Assembly: GCA_002104945.1 (NCBI GenBank)
Contig: MCFH01000073.1
Span: forward strand, 62,001 to 126,000
DNA: 64,000 nucleotides
Direction: 5' to 3'
From: Piromyces finnis finn
Taxonomy: Eukaryota > Fungi > Neocallimastigomycota
Shown piece by piece: positions 36,401 through 50,370 of the stretch; within the stretch, counting starts at the first letter, position 1, and every line of letters begins with the position of its first letter. The position numbers and the translations under genes were made by a program. The notes under the pieces were generated by a model, which saw nothing but the letters and a program-made list of their open reading frames with translations, did no database searches and had not been told where the DNA came from.

Positions 36401-39400
36401 ACTGTTGATATAATATCATTTACTACCCATGATTCTCCATAAGAATTCTAATAATAATGATAGTTGAAATAAAATAAAAAAAAATATTTAATATTTAATA
36501 AAAAACATTTTATTAAATCATTATAGATTAAAAAAAAATCTATAAACTATTAAATACTGTATATATATATCTTTAAAATTATTTGGATAGTTTTCTTTTT
36601 CTTTTATTTTTTTATTTTTTTTCCCTAAAAAAAAAATACATACATTTTTTGGATTTAATCCATGCCATTTTTTCTTTCTATGACCATCATAGGAATAGGA
36701 ATTTTCATCATCTTTATTTTATAAAAGTTATATATAAATTATTAGGTACTTTATTAATAATATATTCTTTTCCATGGTATTTAAAGAGTTTATCCATTTA
36801 TTTATTAAAATTCTATACAATAATAATTAATACCCTACCTCCAATACCATTTCCAGCTTTAGGATCAAAAACGGCATCTTTAGTGGCCCAACCAATTTGA
36901 ATAATACCATCTGTTTCAAGAACAATTTCATAAATGTATTTACCTTTGTGCTTTATACCATAATTGGATCTTATACTTTCAAATTTCCAGGAATCATTAC
37001 GAATTTTCCATTTACATACTGAAAGAACAGAGGATGATGTTTTATCCGTATCACTAAATTCAACATAATCCTTACATTTAGATAATTCTTCCAACGAATA
37101 ATTTGAAATCAAACTTAGGAATCTTTCAACATAGAAACTAACCTCACTACCTTCAAGAATATAGTTTAATACGGTTTGATAGGAGAATAATTCATTAATA
37201 AATACTTGTTTATCATCACCTATAATGTGTAAAAAAAGAAAAAATTCGTATTAATATTAAAGATTATAATAATAATATATATATATATTTTGGACATAAA
37301 ATTAATCATAGTTACATTTATCTGCACATAATGAGAGTGCTTGAATTGATTTTGCTGCTATTGTTTTATTTTCATTCAAGAGTGAATAAAGTAATGAAAT
37401 CATTTTTTCTTTTAATAAGAAATCTCTAAAGAATTCTATTTATTAAATTAATAAATATTTTAAGAATTCATAATACAATATATTAGTGAATACATTTTAA
37501 ATTTATTGATTCAAGAAAAGAAAAAGAAAATTAATAATATTTTTTTAGTAAAAAAAAAAAAAAAGATATTTTTTTTACCATATTGGAAGAATACAGAAAG
37601 AATGTTAAGAGCATCACAAGATAATTCATTTTTCATTTCATCTTTTGTTTTTAATTTTTCATTTTCATTGACTTCTTGTTCCGGTTCTTCTTCTTCTTCT
37701 GTATCTTCATTTTGATTATTATAATCCGTATCATAATCATTTTCTCTAGAACCTATATATTTCATATTATTTCCATAGTTGTCCATTTCATTTTCATCGG
37801 ATAAATTGACATCATTAGAATTTGAAAAGTCTTTGGAAGAATTTGACATTTCAGATTCTTTCTTACCATTATTACTATTTCCTTTTACTAGTGGTAATAC
37901 TAATAAATCTAATAGGGAACTTTCCAAATTTTCTAATGAATTTCTTATATTATCTGAATTGTTATAATCATCATCCCCGTAGAAAGATTCATCACCATAT
38001 TGTTCCATGAAATAATCAAAATAGGTAGATTTAATAAATATATGAAGGGTTTCTAATAATCCATGTAATGTATCAATTTCTTTATATTTCATTTCACTAA
38101 ATACTGGTGATCTTTTATTTTTTCTTTTCATTTCTTTTTCATCTATATTACAATCTTTGAATTTTTCTAATACTGGGGAGATTGGTGAAAATGGACCATA
38201 GTTATTTGAAACAGGAGAATCAAATGCATTACTTTCGTCATCATCGCCTGATTGAGGTGATGTTAATGGACTATTATTAATGTAATTTGGGAAGAATAAC
38301 ATAATGGATGATACAGTAATTGAAATAATTTTTTCAATTAATGGTAATACAAAGTTGAATGTAATAATATTATTGATTTCTTCTGATCTCTCATTTGATA
38401 CTAATTATAAATATATAGAGGTAAGAAATAAAAAAAAATTATTAAATAATAAATATTAAATTATATTGCATTGTTAAAACTACGTTTTAATTATATTACA
38501 TACTTTTTGAAGAAATAATAAGTAAAATTTTAGCTGATAAAATCATAACGTTTGTTTTTTCGCTTTCAAAAATTAAATATCTTAATTGTTCTAATGTTTT
38601 ATCTTCAATAATTTTATAAACACATTTTTCATCTAAATAAAATATTTTTATATAAATGTTATCATGTTTTATATTTTATATAGTATTAATATTTTATTTT
38701 TATTTAATATAAAAAAAAATCTTTTTTTATAAATATATAAAAAAAGTAAACAATGATTTACCAGCTACAGTAACTAAATTTAATAATAAAGCGACACCAG
38801 CATATTGTAAAATGGGTTCATTTGATTGACAATAAGTAATAACAACGGAATGGAATTTTGGATCATTAATAAATTCACTATTTTTATCTTTTAAAATTTT
38901 ATAATAGTAATAATAAAAAATAGAATTTAATAAAAAATTAAAATTTCATTTTATATAGGTTTAAGTTATTAAATATAAAAATAGAATTGTGATATATATA
39001 TACCTGAACTTAACATATAAACCAAAATATCAGTGATATGGAGGTTCAAATGAACATTAACTTCAGATGACAACATTAATAATGTGTTAACACCTTTACC
39101 CTTAATAAATTCCTCAGCACATTCTCCTATTGATATGAAAATTAATAAAGAAGAGTTTAGAATGATAAAAAAAATTTTTTTTTTGTTTATTATACTAAAA
39201 AAAGTAAAAGATATTAATTTTACCTAATCTTGATAAATCATGCAATAATAAAATTGTCCAGCATTGAACATCTTCATCATTTGAATTTAAGCAGGAAATT
39301 AATTTTTCAACAATACCTTGTTTTATCATTTCTCTTTGGAATTGCTCTTTACATTTAATAAAATATTTTTTTTTAAAAATTTAAAATTAAAATCAATCAT

Positions 39401-41122
39401 AAATAAAGAATAAAATAGTATTTAATAACTTACCATTGCCTACTCCTAAACATTTTAATGTTCTAATTAAAACTCTTGGAATAGATGCTTCATCATTATT
39501 TAAATGACTTAACATGATTTTTAATAATCCTTTAATATTTGATATTTCATTTCTTGCGATATCCTTCACAGCAAATTCATGAATTAAACCAATGGTCCAA
39601 TATACTAATTCAGTATCCTCTAATGGTAGTTGATATATTATAACAATATAATTATTATATTAATTTTTATATTAATATATAAAAATTAATATAAAAATTA
39701 ATATATAAATGAATTGATATTATTTATTTATTTATTTAGTATTATTTTTTTAATTCAAATATTTACCATTCTTTAAACATGACGATATTAAAGTTATTAT
39801 ATTTAATTTTAATAGTTCATTCAAATATTTTATAGATTCTTTATGTAAAAAAAATTATAATTTTAAAAGGATAATAATATAAAATAAAATAAATTAGTTA
39901 TTGGATAGATAATGGAAGGAATGTAATTTATTAATATAAATTAATTAGTTTAACGATTAATATTATATTTAAAAAGCTTACGTTCTTCATCCAATTCTGT
40001 TATAATACGAACAAGAGAATGGAAACATAATTTTTGCATACTTGTATTACCAAAGGTACGCCTTGCTAATTGGGCTAATAACTTTATAAATCCTCTATCC
40101 ACCATTTTATTATGAAGTTCCTCTGCAAAATAAAAAAAATAGCAAAAATTTTTAATTTCAAATAGGATTGTTTTAATAATTACTTTTTTTTTTTGATTAA
40201 AATTATTATTTTGGGTATGCTAATTAAATTTCGAAATATACCAGTTAAGGAGAGTTGATGTAAAATTAATAAAGTCCAATATTTTAAATCGTTATTACAA
40301 TTTGGAGTTGAAGATAAAATTCTATAGATTGAATCAAGAATACCATAATTTACAATAGCTCTTTTATTATCATCTTTATAAATATTTAAATTATTATTAG
40401 TATTTTTAAATTTGAATTTTTTTTTTTTATAAAGGTATTATTATACCATTTTCTTGAATAATATGGAAAATTGAAGTCACAACACTTAGTCGAAGATAAT
40501 TTTTTTTTTTATTTGCTAATAATTCAGTTAAAATTTTCAGTATGCCATGTTTTACCAAAATTGGACGATTTTCCTCTAATATTAATTTTATTATATTATT
40601 TATATTTTTTTTTAAAAAGGTATACAATATAAAAAAGAGTATAAATTCTATTATTATTATTATAATTAAAAATTATGGATAATTTTCATAGTGCTTTACC
40701 TTGTTTTGAAAGTTGTTGAACAGTGCATATAGCCTTTTTTTGTATATCATTATCCAAATCAGTTTTACATGCTTTTATAATATCTGGAAGAAAGTCATCT
40801 ATTTATTGTATATATAATTATACAATTTATAGTTTTATTAATACACCTATATTTTAATATATGTCATAATATGTTATACTATTTATATCAGGATAAAACT
40901 TTTTGACTTTTACCGGAAATTGCTCTATCTAAAAGAATTTTCATTGCACTATCTCTTAAGCTTACATTACTAGCTTTGGTTAATTCACTTAAAGCTTGTA
41001 AACTAATTTGGTCTTCAATTTTTGGATATCTTCTACTTTTTTTAATTTTATTTATATGATTTTCATTTGTTATCTTCTTTTTTGCTTTTTTAGCTTTAAA
41101 TATTAAAAATAACAATTATGGA

Positions 41123-41174
<52 letters not shown>

Positions 41175-41427
41175 GTATATTTTATATAATTAATAATGTA
41201 GTATAAAATACTCTTATATAATTTATTAAAAAGAAAATAATAATTCAAATACTTGTATTATCTTTATAATATTATTATAGTAATTATATGTTATTTTAAT
41301 TACTTGTTATATCCTTTGAATTATTTTTATTATATTCCGTCTTAAGATGATTTACTAGCCTGTACATCATTATTGTACCTATAAAGGCTGTGGAAAAAGC
41401 AATTTTCGAAGATGCTGAATTACTCAT
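33417..41427 (-). CDS. Large multi-exon protein: N-terminal hydrophobic anchor, ARM repeats, canonical SPRY domain, degenerate second SPRY domain, acidic then basic disordered tail
   Basis: ATG at 41427 gives MSNSASSKIAFSTAFIGTIMMYRL. ARM repeats include ENRPILVKHGILKILTELL and FQREMIKQGIVEKLISCL. SPRY1 reads FESIRSNY...YIYEIVLETDGIIQIGWAT...GIG|DDENSYSYDGHRKKKWH...WYPAISLS...HFG. SPRY2 reads YYELTI..GDTLGCGY..IVFTINGK..FYPYI..INFGQ. A phase-1 splice CAG|GT(35170) to AG|AT(34789) joins the 33417-34814 ORF in frame. The 3' join is inferred. Confidence 0.7.
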
Positions 41428-43210
41428 TTTTATTATACTGACTTATACTACACATATATGTATGAAAAATATATATTCCTGTTATAGAGAAACAAATTAT
41501 ATTTACTATACCGAAGTAATTTTTTCTTTTTTCTTTTTTTTTTTTAAATTTTTCTTTATATAGTTTATTATTTTTATTATTATTATTTTAATATATTTAT
41601 CTTTTCTTTAAAATTATTATTTTTTTAAATAGAATTCCAGTTGAATTTTATAAAAATGTCGTAAGACATTATATATTATATTACAAGGTTGATTTTTAAA
41701 TGAATTAAAAATTACTTAAAATGTATATGAAGAATTATTTAATTCAAATTTTATTATATATATATTTTTTATTTTTTGATAATTGAGACTTTTTTTATTA
41801 TTATTTTTTTTTTCATTACTTCTTTTTATTTTATTTTATTTTTCTTTTCTTTCTTTCTTTTCTTTTTTTTTTTTTTTTAAAAAAAAAACTTTTGTTTATT
41901 ATTTATTAAACATTTGATGTATTTGACACTTTTGAATAATTTTAATATAATCCTATTATGTACATAGAGTTAATAAAATTTCATATATATATATTTTTTA
42001 AAAAATATATTAATAAAAATATATATAAAAAAAAGAGTAAAATGTTAATAGAAAAGTATAATTTAATATTTTTTATTAGTGTAAAGTATATAAAAGAAAT
42101 TTAAATGAAATTTGAAATTAAATATAAACTTACCTCTACACTTTTAAAATAAAAAAAAAAAAAAAAAAGAATTATTTTTAATTTTAATAATTATAATTAT
42201 TTATTTTTTTTTTTTTATAAATTTTATAATTATTAAAGTTTTATCTTTTAAAAATAATAATTCTTCAAATTAGTTTATTATTATTATTTGTTATTATTAT
42301 TATTTCTAATGATTATATTAATGATTATTTCTAATGATTATGCTGAAATACTTATTTTTTATTAATAGTTATATAAAATATTCATATTTATTTTGGTATT
42401 AAAAAAAAAAGGTAGAGAATGATAATGATTAGAATAATTATTATATTTTTTAAAATTAATTTATAATTATATCTATTGAACCGCCTTTTATTATAAAATT
42501 TTCTATTATTATAATAGAATAACCAAATGTTGAATGTATATTTCTTTTTTTTTTTCTTTAAAAAAAAAAAATAAAAGGAATAATCGCATTTTGAATTTAT
42601 TATTAATTCCGATAATTAATAAAATTTTATATTTGTCCTAAAGATGGATAATACATTTTATTATGTGTAATTAAAAAAAATCATAAATTAATACATTTTA
42701 TTTATTACAATTTAAAATATAAATGATAGAGTAAAGAAAAAAAAAGTCTTCTTTTTCTTCTCCTCCTTCTTCTTATTATTATAAAAGTAATTTATTTTTT
42801 TAAAAAAGTATTTTATTTTTTTCAATTATTTACTTACATATTCATTTACTTTAATTATTGATATTATTTACATTTATAATTATACATTCATTTATTTATT
42901 AATAATTAATTAAAATTCTTTAATTAAATTTCAAAAAATTAAATTTTTTTTTAATTATTATTAAGAAAAAAAATTTATAAAATTTCATTTTTTTTTTTAA
43001 ATATATATTTTAAAATAACAAAAAATAAAAAAAAAAAAAAGGTAATTTAAAAAAGAAAAAAGAAAAACAACACTTTTAAAAGTAAAAAAAAAAAAGAATA
43101 CTTTATTTAAAATCAAATTATGAAATAAATATTAATATTATATTATTATTAAATATATAAATTTATTTTCAAAAAAAAAAAAAGTATATATATATAAATA
43201 ATAATTCAAA

Positions 43211-44871
43211 ATGTCATTAAACGAAGTCACTAAGCTTTACGAAACTCTTAACAAGGAATTCAATTCTTCCAATCCAAATTTACAAAAATGTGGTGAATTA
43301 TTAGGAAAATTAAAGGTATAAAATAATAATATTTTTGTTTGCATTCTATGATTTTGATAATATTTTTTTTTTAAAAAAAAAAGTTGTATTCATTTTATAA
43401 ATAATTATCAGTTTATTTATAAGAGTATCATCCATTTTATAAAATAAATTAAAATAAAAACATTAATGATATGAAATAAAAAATTTTTATGTTAAAGAAT
43501 GTTTTTTTATATTAAAAAAAAAGGAAAGATTGCTCAATGTATATTAATATTAATATACAATTCTATTCATACTAATTAATTAATTAATTAATTAATTAAT
43601 TATAGATCGCTATGATTGAATTTCAATTCCTTGTACCAGAAGGAGAAGCTCAAGATCAAAAAATTCTTCTTTTAACTAGTAAGGAATAGTTTTATATGAA
43701 TATATATAGTAGGAATAAGAGATATAAAATTGATTAATTAATGTCGACTATAATTATTATTTTATTTAATTTAAATAGGAGAAATTTTAGAAATTGGTGC
43801 TTTATGGAGTATTCGTGTTAAAGATATTCCTTCCTTTGAAAGATATATTGCTCAATTAAAAACTTATTACCATGACTATAGGTATAATAATTATATAGAT
43901 ATATTGGAAAATTTATTATTTTTTTTTTAAAAATTTCATTGTTAATTAAATAAATTATTATGTTATTTAAACCTCTTTATTAAAAAAAAAAAAAATGTAA
44001 TATCCAATAAATATGATATTGTGTATAAAAATTATAATATTAAATAATTATAAATTAGCAATTTACCACAATCTCAAAGAATGTATTCTATTATTGGTTT
44101 AAATTTACTTCGTTTATTAGCTCAAAATCGTCTTTCAGAATTCCATACTGAATTAGAAACTATTGAACCAGATCAATTAGTTTCAAACATTTACATTAAG
44201 CATCCAGTTGAAATTGAACAATGTTTAATGGAAGGAAGTTACAACAGAGTTTGGAATGCTAGAGCTAATGTTCCAGCAAATGAATATTTATTCTTTATGG
44301 ATATTTTAGTAGATACCATTAGGTAAATTTTAACTATTAATTAAAATATAAACCAAAGTAATAATAATATTAATAATGAATATTATTAAATTGATATGAT
44401 ATATATATTTATTTAAAATCATTAACATAACAATTAATAACCAATCAACCAACCAACAATAAATATACCATTATTATTAACATTATCAATACTAACCTTA
44501 ACAATAAAGAAATGACATTGCTAGTTGTAGTGAAAAAGCTTACTCAAGTTTACCACTTTCAGATGCTGCTACCTTATTATACTTTAATAATGAAAAAGAA
44601 GTTTTAGAATTTGCCAAAGAAGTAATTTTCTCAATTCTATATACTTTATTAATATCGACAACAACGTATTAATTATAAATAATGTTATTTAATTTACTAA
44701 TATTTTAAATGTATAATTATACAATTTATATATTAGCATAATTGGAATGTCAATATGACTGAAAAGAAAATATACTTTGTTAGTAATGATAAAAAGACTG
44801 ATGCCATTCCAACAAAGGATACTATTTCAAAGATTTTAAACTACGCTAGAGAATTAGAAAGAATTGTTTAA
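43211..44871 (+). CDS. RPN12: 26S proteasome lid subunit Rpn12 (PSMD8); 6 exons
   Basis: [94 protein letters not shown]. Confidence 0.96.
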
Positions 44872-45485
44872 GGCGTAAAAAAAAGCGGAATATTAATAAA
44901 TAACAAAAAGTAATAACAACAATAGTAAAAAAAAAAAAAAAAAAAAAAAAAAACTCCAAACAATTCCAATAGTAATTAAAAATAATAATAATTTTATTTA
45001 TTATTCAATTCTAAAAAATCATACTCCCATAACATATATAAATAAAAAAATAAAAAAAAAAAAATTCGTAAAAATATATATATAATAAAAGCCAATTAAT
45101 ACAATTATTATTAAATTATTTTTTTATAACTAAAAAAAACACCAATTTATTCTTAATTGTTGTAAAAAGTAATTTTTGGAACCCTTTGTAATATTTAAAA
45201 AAAGGAGTTATAATAAATAACAAAAAAAAAAAAAAATAATAAAAAAAATAAAATAAGAATAAAAATAAAATAAAAAAAAGTATAATAATAGTCAGTGAAC
45301 AGAGATAATGAATAGTGAATAGAAAAAATTATAAAGTAAATAATTTTTCATAATTAGTAAAAAAAAAAAAAAAACTAATGTGATCTATGTGATTTATATG
45401 TTTTCTATTATTGATAATTTTTGTGTATATTTTAATCTTAGTATGTATGTTACATATTTATATATAATTTATGGTAATATTTTTT

Positions 45486-45780
45486 CCCTCTTGGGAACGT
45501 GCCTTCATTTATTTAATAAATGTAGTTTCTCAAGGGGGTCTACTCATGCTCATGGTACTGAGAGAGTAGAAAGAATTAAATCCAAGTATTGCGCAATGGA
45601 TGCTTGGTGCCCTCTTGGGTACGTGCCTTCATTTATTTAATAAATGTAGTTTCTCAAGGGGGTCTACTCATGCTCATGGTACTGAGAGAGTAGGAAGAAT
45701 TAAATCCAAGTATTGCGCAATGGATACTTGGTTAGTCTTTATTTGGAAATATTATTAGGACTAAGCTCATGGTACTGAGC
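45486..45780 (+). ncRNA. Candidate structured RNA: two 122-nt copies (period 124; 45486-45607 and 45610-45731) plus a partial third copy (hairpin 45765-45780)
   Basis: The copies differ at 3 positions. Each folds into five helices, and two of the three substitutions are Watson-Crick/wobble exchanges that keep pairing. No known family is recognised. Confidence 0.55.
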
Positions 45781-48700
45781 GAACAGAGTTGATAATTTGA
45801 GTGTTAGTTGTTATATCATATATCCCTTACACCTTCAACTTATTTTTTAGATAGTAGTTGCTTTAACAACTTTTATAACATATTATTTTAAACTTAAAAT
45901 TGTTTGATTCGGTAGTATTAAATACTGATTTTGAATATTTCTTGATTTCATTTTTATTTTAGCTTTCATCGATAATTTGTTATCCCAGTTTACTACTTAT
46001 TCTCTTTGTTCTTTTATTCCTTTTTTATTCTTTATATGTTGATTAGTCAGATAGTTTTGTTTTTTCAGTTAGTTGGTTATTCCTTTCATTTATTCTTGAG
46101 TTTCGTGTGGGGTGCAGCTTTCATTACTATAATCATATTTAATCTTTTATTTTTTCTATTTTTATTATTTTCGAGGGGCGCGGCTTTTTTTATTTTTCCT
46201 TTATGATTTTATATGATTCTAGTAATATCTTTTTTTATTTCTTATTTTTTTGTAACTCTAGATTTTCCAAGGAATCTCTTTTTTACTAATATTCTTTTGT
46301 ATACTTTTTCTATCTCTTTTCTATATATATATATTTCTTATACTCTATATTATATGTATATTTATATATATGTATAACTTAATTAGGTTTATTATGGACT
46401 ATTATGGTAAGTATTAACACCTTTTTTTCTTTAACATTTCTATTATCAAAGCTTCTATCCTGGAAAATCGAGTATTCTATTTTTATATTGTAAATACTAC
46501 TCTTGTTTCAATTTTATCTTTAAAAAAAAAAAAAATTTTTTTATTATGTTTACCCAAAATTCTTCAACTTTTTTTCCATTATTTTTGATATAACAACTTT
46601 TCACTCTTATTATCTCTCTACCTTACAACATAAACAACCTATATGAATGTTCAATTTCAACAATCAGAATCAACACAATACAATAATCATCCAATAAATT
46701 ATACAATTCTTATTAATATAAAGAGCTTTCAAAATACAGTTATAATACAGAAATCCAAAGTGATAGATATTCAAAATTTATCTTCCCGTTTAAAGTCTTC
46801 AGTAGAGTTAGAACTAAGTTTGTCAACAACTTAGCCACTTTTCCAGTTATAAATTTAAAATATTGTTTGACAAATAATCCACTTGCTATATATTATATCC
46901 GTCTTTACTATTATTATTTATATTTTACTATATATTTTATTTCATTATCTTATTTATATCATTATATCAATACTTCAAACTATTAATATCTATTGTCATA
47001 ATAAGTTCTTTCAAAATGAACAATACCAATTGTACTGTACCTACCTTACGACGTGGTCTTCGTTTCTTCGGATCTAACTCCAATAAATCATATCTAATTT
47101 TTATCCATGATCTTAGTTCATGGTCAAAACAACGACTAATGGAATTTCTTTTAAAGGACATTCAACCTTTCAATGATATTCTTCAATCCCTCACCAAAAA
47201 ATATTCACAATCACTCGGTATCTATTTCATTCTTAAAGTCAATGGAAAATGTCCGCTTAAAGCCATGTTACTTATACACTCACTTTCTGAAAAACTCCCA
47301 ATCTCTAGTAAAATATCTTGGAAATTCATTGATAAGCTCAAAAACAATAGATCATACAAAAACAAACGATCTATCAAATCTACTACTGGTCCACTCTCTG
47401 ACGATTTCTATTTTAGTCATCTAAGCTCTAATGCTTCCTTTTTCAACTTATGTACTTGTTGGAACATCAATGGTTGGAACCCGGAGAAAAAGGACGGTGT
47501 TTTATACTTCATCTCTGTTTTCAAACCTGTATGTGTCTGTCTTCAAGAAGTAGGTAACAGCCAATTCCTCTGTGGTAATGCAATTTCCTCCCCATGCCTA
47601 CCGAACTATAAACCAGTACACAGACGTGCTAATCCTAAAGTTCCAGGTATGAGAGGACTTTACATTGGTGTTCATAATTCTTGTTCCTTTACTCCTGAAC
47701 CTCTTCTATATAAGTACATCATTTCAGTTACAATATTGTCATTTTGGAACCAGAGATGTACCATTGGTAATATTTACTTCCCGCAAACTAGATGGCCGGA
47801 TGCTAGATTAATTGCCTTTGATGAACTTGATAAGTGGTTAACAACGCATAACAAATTCAACCACCCAGCTATCCTTGTAGGAGACTTTAATATGTCAGCT
47901 ATTAAAATCAAATCTTATATATCACAACACTTCCCGGATTGGACTATGGCTGAGTTAACTGGTAATAATTTTACCTGGGAAAAAGGATCTAAATCTTCAT
48001 GCATTGATCATATTATATACAACAAAGCTATGACAGAACACATAAACAAATCTTCAGTTTGTGAAGTTTTCCACGATGTTTCTGATCACAAACCGATCCT
48101 TGTGTCTTGTAAAAAAGACTCTTCGGATGGTTTCAAAAAGCCTAAGAAGACCTTTAAGTGGTCAAGTCATATCTGTAACACAAAGTGTTCTGACATTCTT
48201 ACTAGTAATCGCTTTGCTGTTCTAGCTTCCGAGCTTGAAGCTAATTGTGATAGCCTTTCGGCTGACGATATGGTTTCAAGATTTTTAGATACTTCCAAAA
48301 CTATAGGTAAAGAAATAAAAGCCATTGTGCCTGCAGATTTAAAAGGTCCAGCATTCCATTGCCCTCAATACATCAAAAACTTATCACATGAAAAACACCT
48401 GGCTTACAAAAATATTAAGCCCCTTTCAGATTGCGCTGACATGGAAAATTATCTTAACCAGTTCTCCATATACCAAAATCTATGTAATACCATCAAAAAG
48501 GTTAAGAGCAAATTCAGATCCAATCTCTATAAAGCTAATATTGTTTCTATCGGTAAACATTTTATTGATAAAAGCTTTAGACAAGGTTGGAAAGGCCTTA
48601 AAAAACTTGCCAAACCATGTTATTCGTCCTCCCATGTTTCAACTATTAAGGACAAGAATGGCAAGGATTTATTTACTCCTCAAGAACAATTAAAACGTTG

Positions 48701-50370
48701 GGCTGAACATTATGAAAATCTTGCATCTGATGTTACAAATCACAGCTTAAATCGTGGTTACTGGGAAAGAGCCTTCCAATTCAACCATATCAATCAAATA
48801 GCATGGGATATAAATGGTCCCATTTCTATTGAGGAAATTAGAAATGTTGTTCTGTCAATGAAGAATAACAAGGCTCCAGGTCCCGATGGTATCCCAATTG
48901 AATTTTTCAAAGCTTTCTTTTGTAACGAAGAACTGGAGAAAGAACATAAGTCTGCTGGAAATTGTCTTAAATTAATTTTTAATAAAATCTGGAATGGTTC
49001 CTTTCCTTTGAAATGGAACTCTGCTTCCATTGTTTCTATTCCAAAGAAAGGCGATCTCTCAGACTGTAATAATTATCGTGGTATTTCTCTCATCAATGTA
49101 GGTCTTAAAATTATTTCAAAAATTGTAACTAATAGAATTTCAAAGTATGCTCTTTCTCATAATTTTATAAGACCTGAGCAATTTGGTTTTCGCAATAAAG
49201 AAGAATGTATTAGCTTATTTATTTCCATTAGAGAAATCTGTCAAAGAAGGAAATTTAAAGGAAAAGCCACTTATGTCGCCTTTCTAGACCTTAAAAAAGC
49301 ATACGACTCAGTTCCTATTTTTAATATCCTTACAAAGTTATATAAATTAGGTATACGTGGTAAATGTTTTGATTTTCTCAATAATCTCTACTCTACCTCT
49401 AAAGCTCGTGCACGTTTCTTGGATATGCTTTCCAATGAATTCCCTATAAACCGTGGTGTAAGACAAGGATGTCCTCTTTCTCCTATACTGTTTAACCTCT
49501 TTATCAATGATATTTTAAATAAATGTGAAAGGCTTGGAGTTAGCTTAGGTAATAAACGTTGTTGTGGTGGCCTTTTCGCTGATGACATTGTTTTGATTGC
49601 TCCTAGTAAGAAGAACCTTCAAAAGATGCTCAATCTAGTCCTTGATTGGGCTAATTTAAATGAAATGTCTTTTGGAATAAATAAATGTGCAACTATTGTT
49701 GTTAAACCTATCAACTTTAATAGATCCCCTAGTTATGTCGACCCAACATTTTACATCGGTATGTACTCGATTCCAAAGGTTTCTTGCTATACTTATCTTG
49801 GAATCCCATTCGACGAAGATCTTTCTTTGACTCCTATTCTGTCTAATATGTACAAAAAAGTTCAGAATTCTTTATTCTCTTTTAAGAACTTCCTCACCAA
49901 CAATTGTGTTCCTATTGGCTTAAAAAACATAGTAATTCATTCTTATATTTTAAGCAAAGTCTCTTATTATGCTCCTTTGCTTGGTTCCAACAAAAATAGA
50001 ACTAGAAGAGTCCAATCTCTTATCAATACTGCTGTTTTATGGAGTGTCAATAGCTTTCACAATAAAAGTTTTAATAACAAAGATTTTGTTTTTGAACGAA
50101 ATTCATTTATTAGTCTGTATGCTCTTACAAGAGATATGAAGATTCCTACCCTTTCAGGTATTTGTGCTGCGCAACAAGTGAAATGCTTTGTTAAATGGAG
50201 AAAATTAAATTGTATAATTAAAGATCTCGTCCGATCTATTCCTCCCATGTCTCATTACTCTTGGGCCAAAGAATCTTGTTCACTACATAAGAAGCTTATG
50301 AAAATAAATATTAAAAGCACTAAAGATATTAGAGAATATTATTGGAATAATACCATCAAAAATTTTAGAA
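45486..50370 (+). mobile_element. Non-LTR (LINE-type) retrotransposon: structured tandem repeats, ~1.3-kb non-coding leader, single APE-RT ORF; boundaries approximate
   Basis: An uninterrupted, intronless ORF with higher GC than the flanks encodes an AP endonuclease and an RT. Assigning 45486-47015 to the element is an inference from adjacency and its raised GC and hairpin content. No target-site duplication was identified. Confidence 0.75.

Noticed and set aside
42170-42330. AT-only inverted and direct repeats in the ARM-SPRY/RPN12 divergent spacer (also 28790-28870 and 53500-53690)
   Set aside because: Low-complexity A/T sequence in which such matches are expected.
45498-45562. CGTGCCT...TGTAGT...CTACTC...CTGAG in the same order as the 7SL/SRP Alu domain
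   Set aside because: Spacing and pairing are incompatible with the Alu fold: CTACTC is in a stem here and a loop in SRP, and no S domain follows.
45486-45790. Assignment of the repeats to hammerhead, HDV, twister or pistol ribozymes, or to a CRISPR array
   Set aside because: No CUGANGA...GAAA core with correct stems, no P1/P1.1/P3-L3 nest, and no pistol GU cleavage junction found. There are no unique spacers or cas genes, and the context is eukaryotic.
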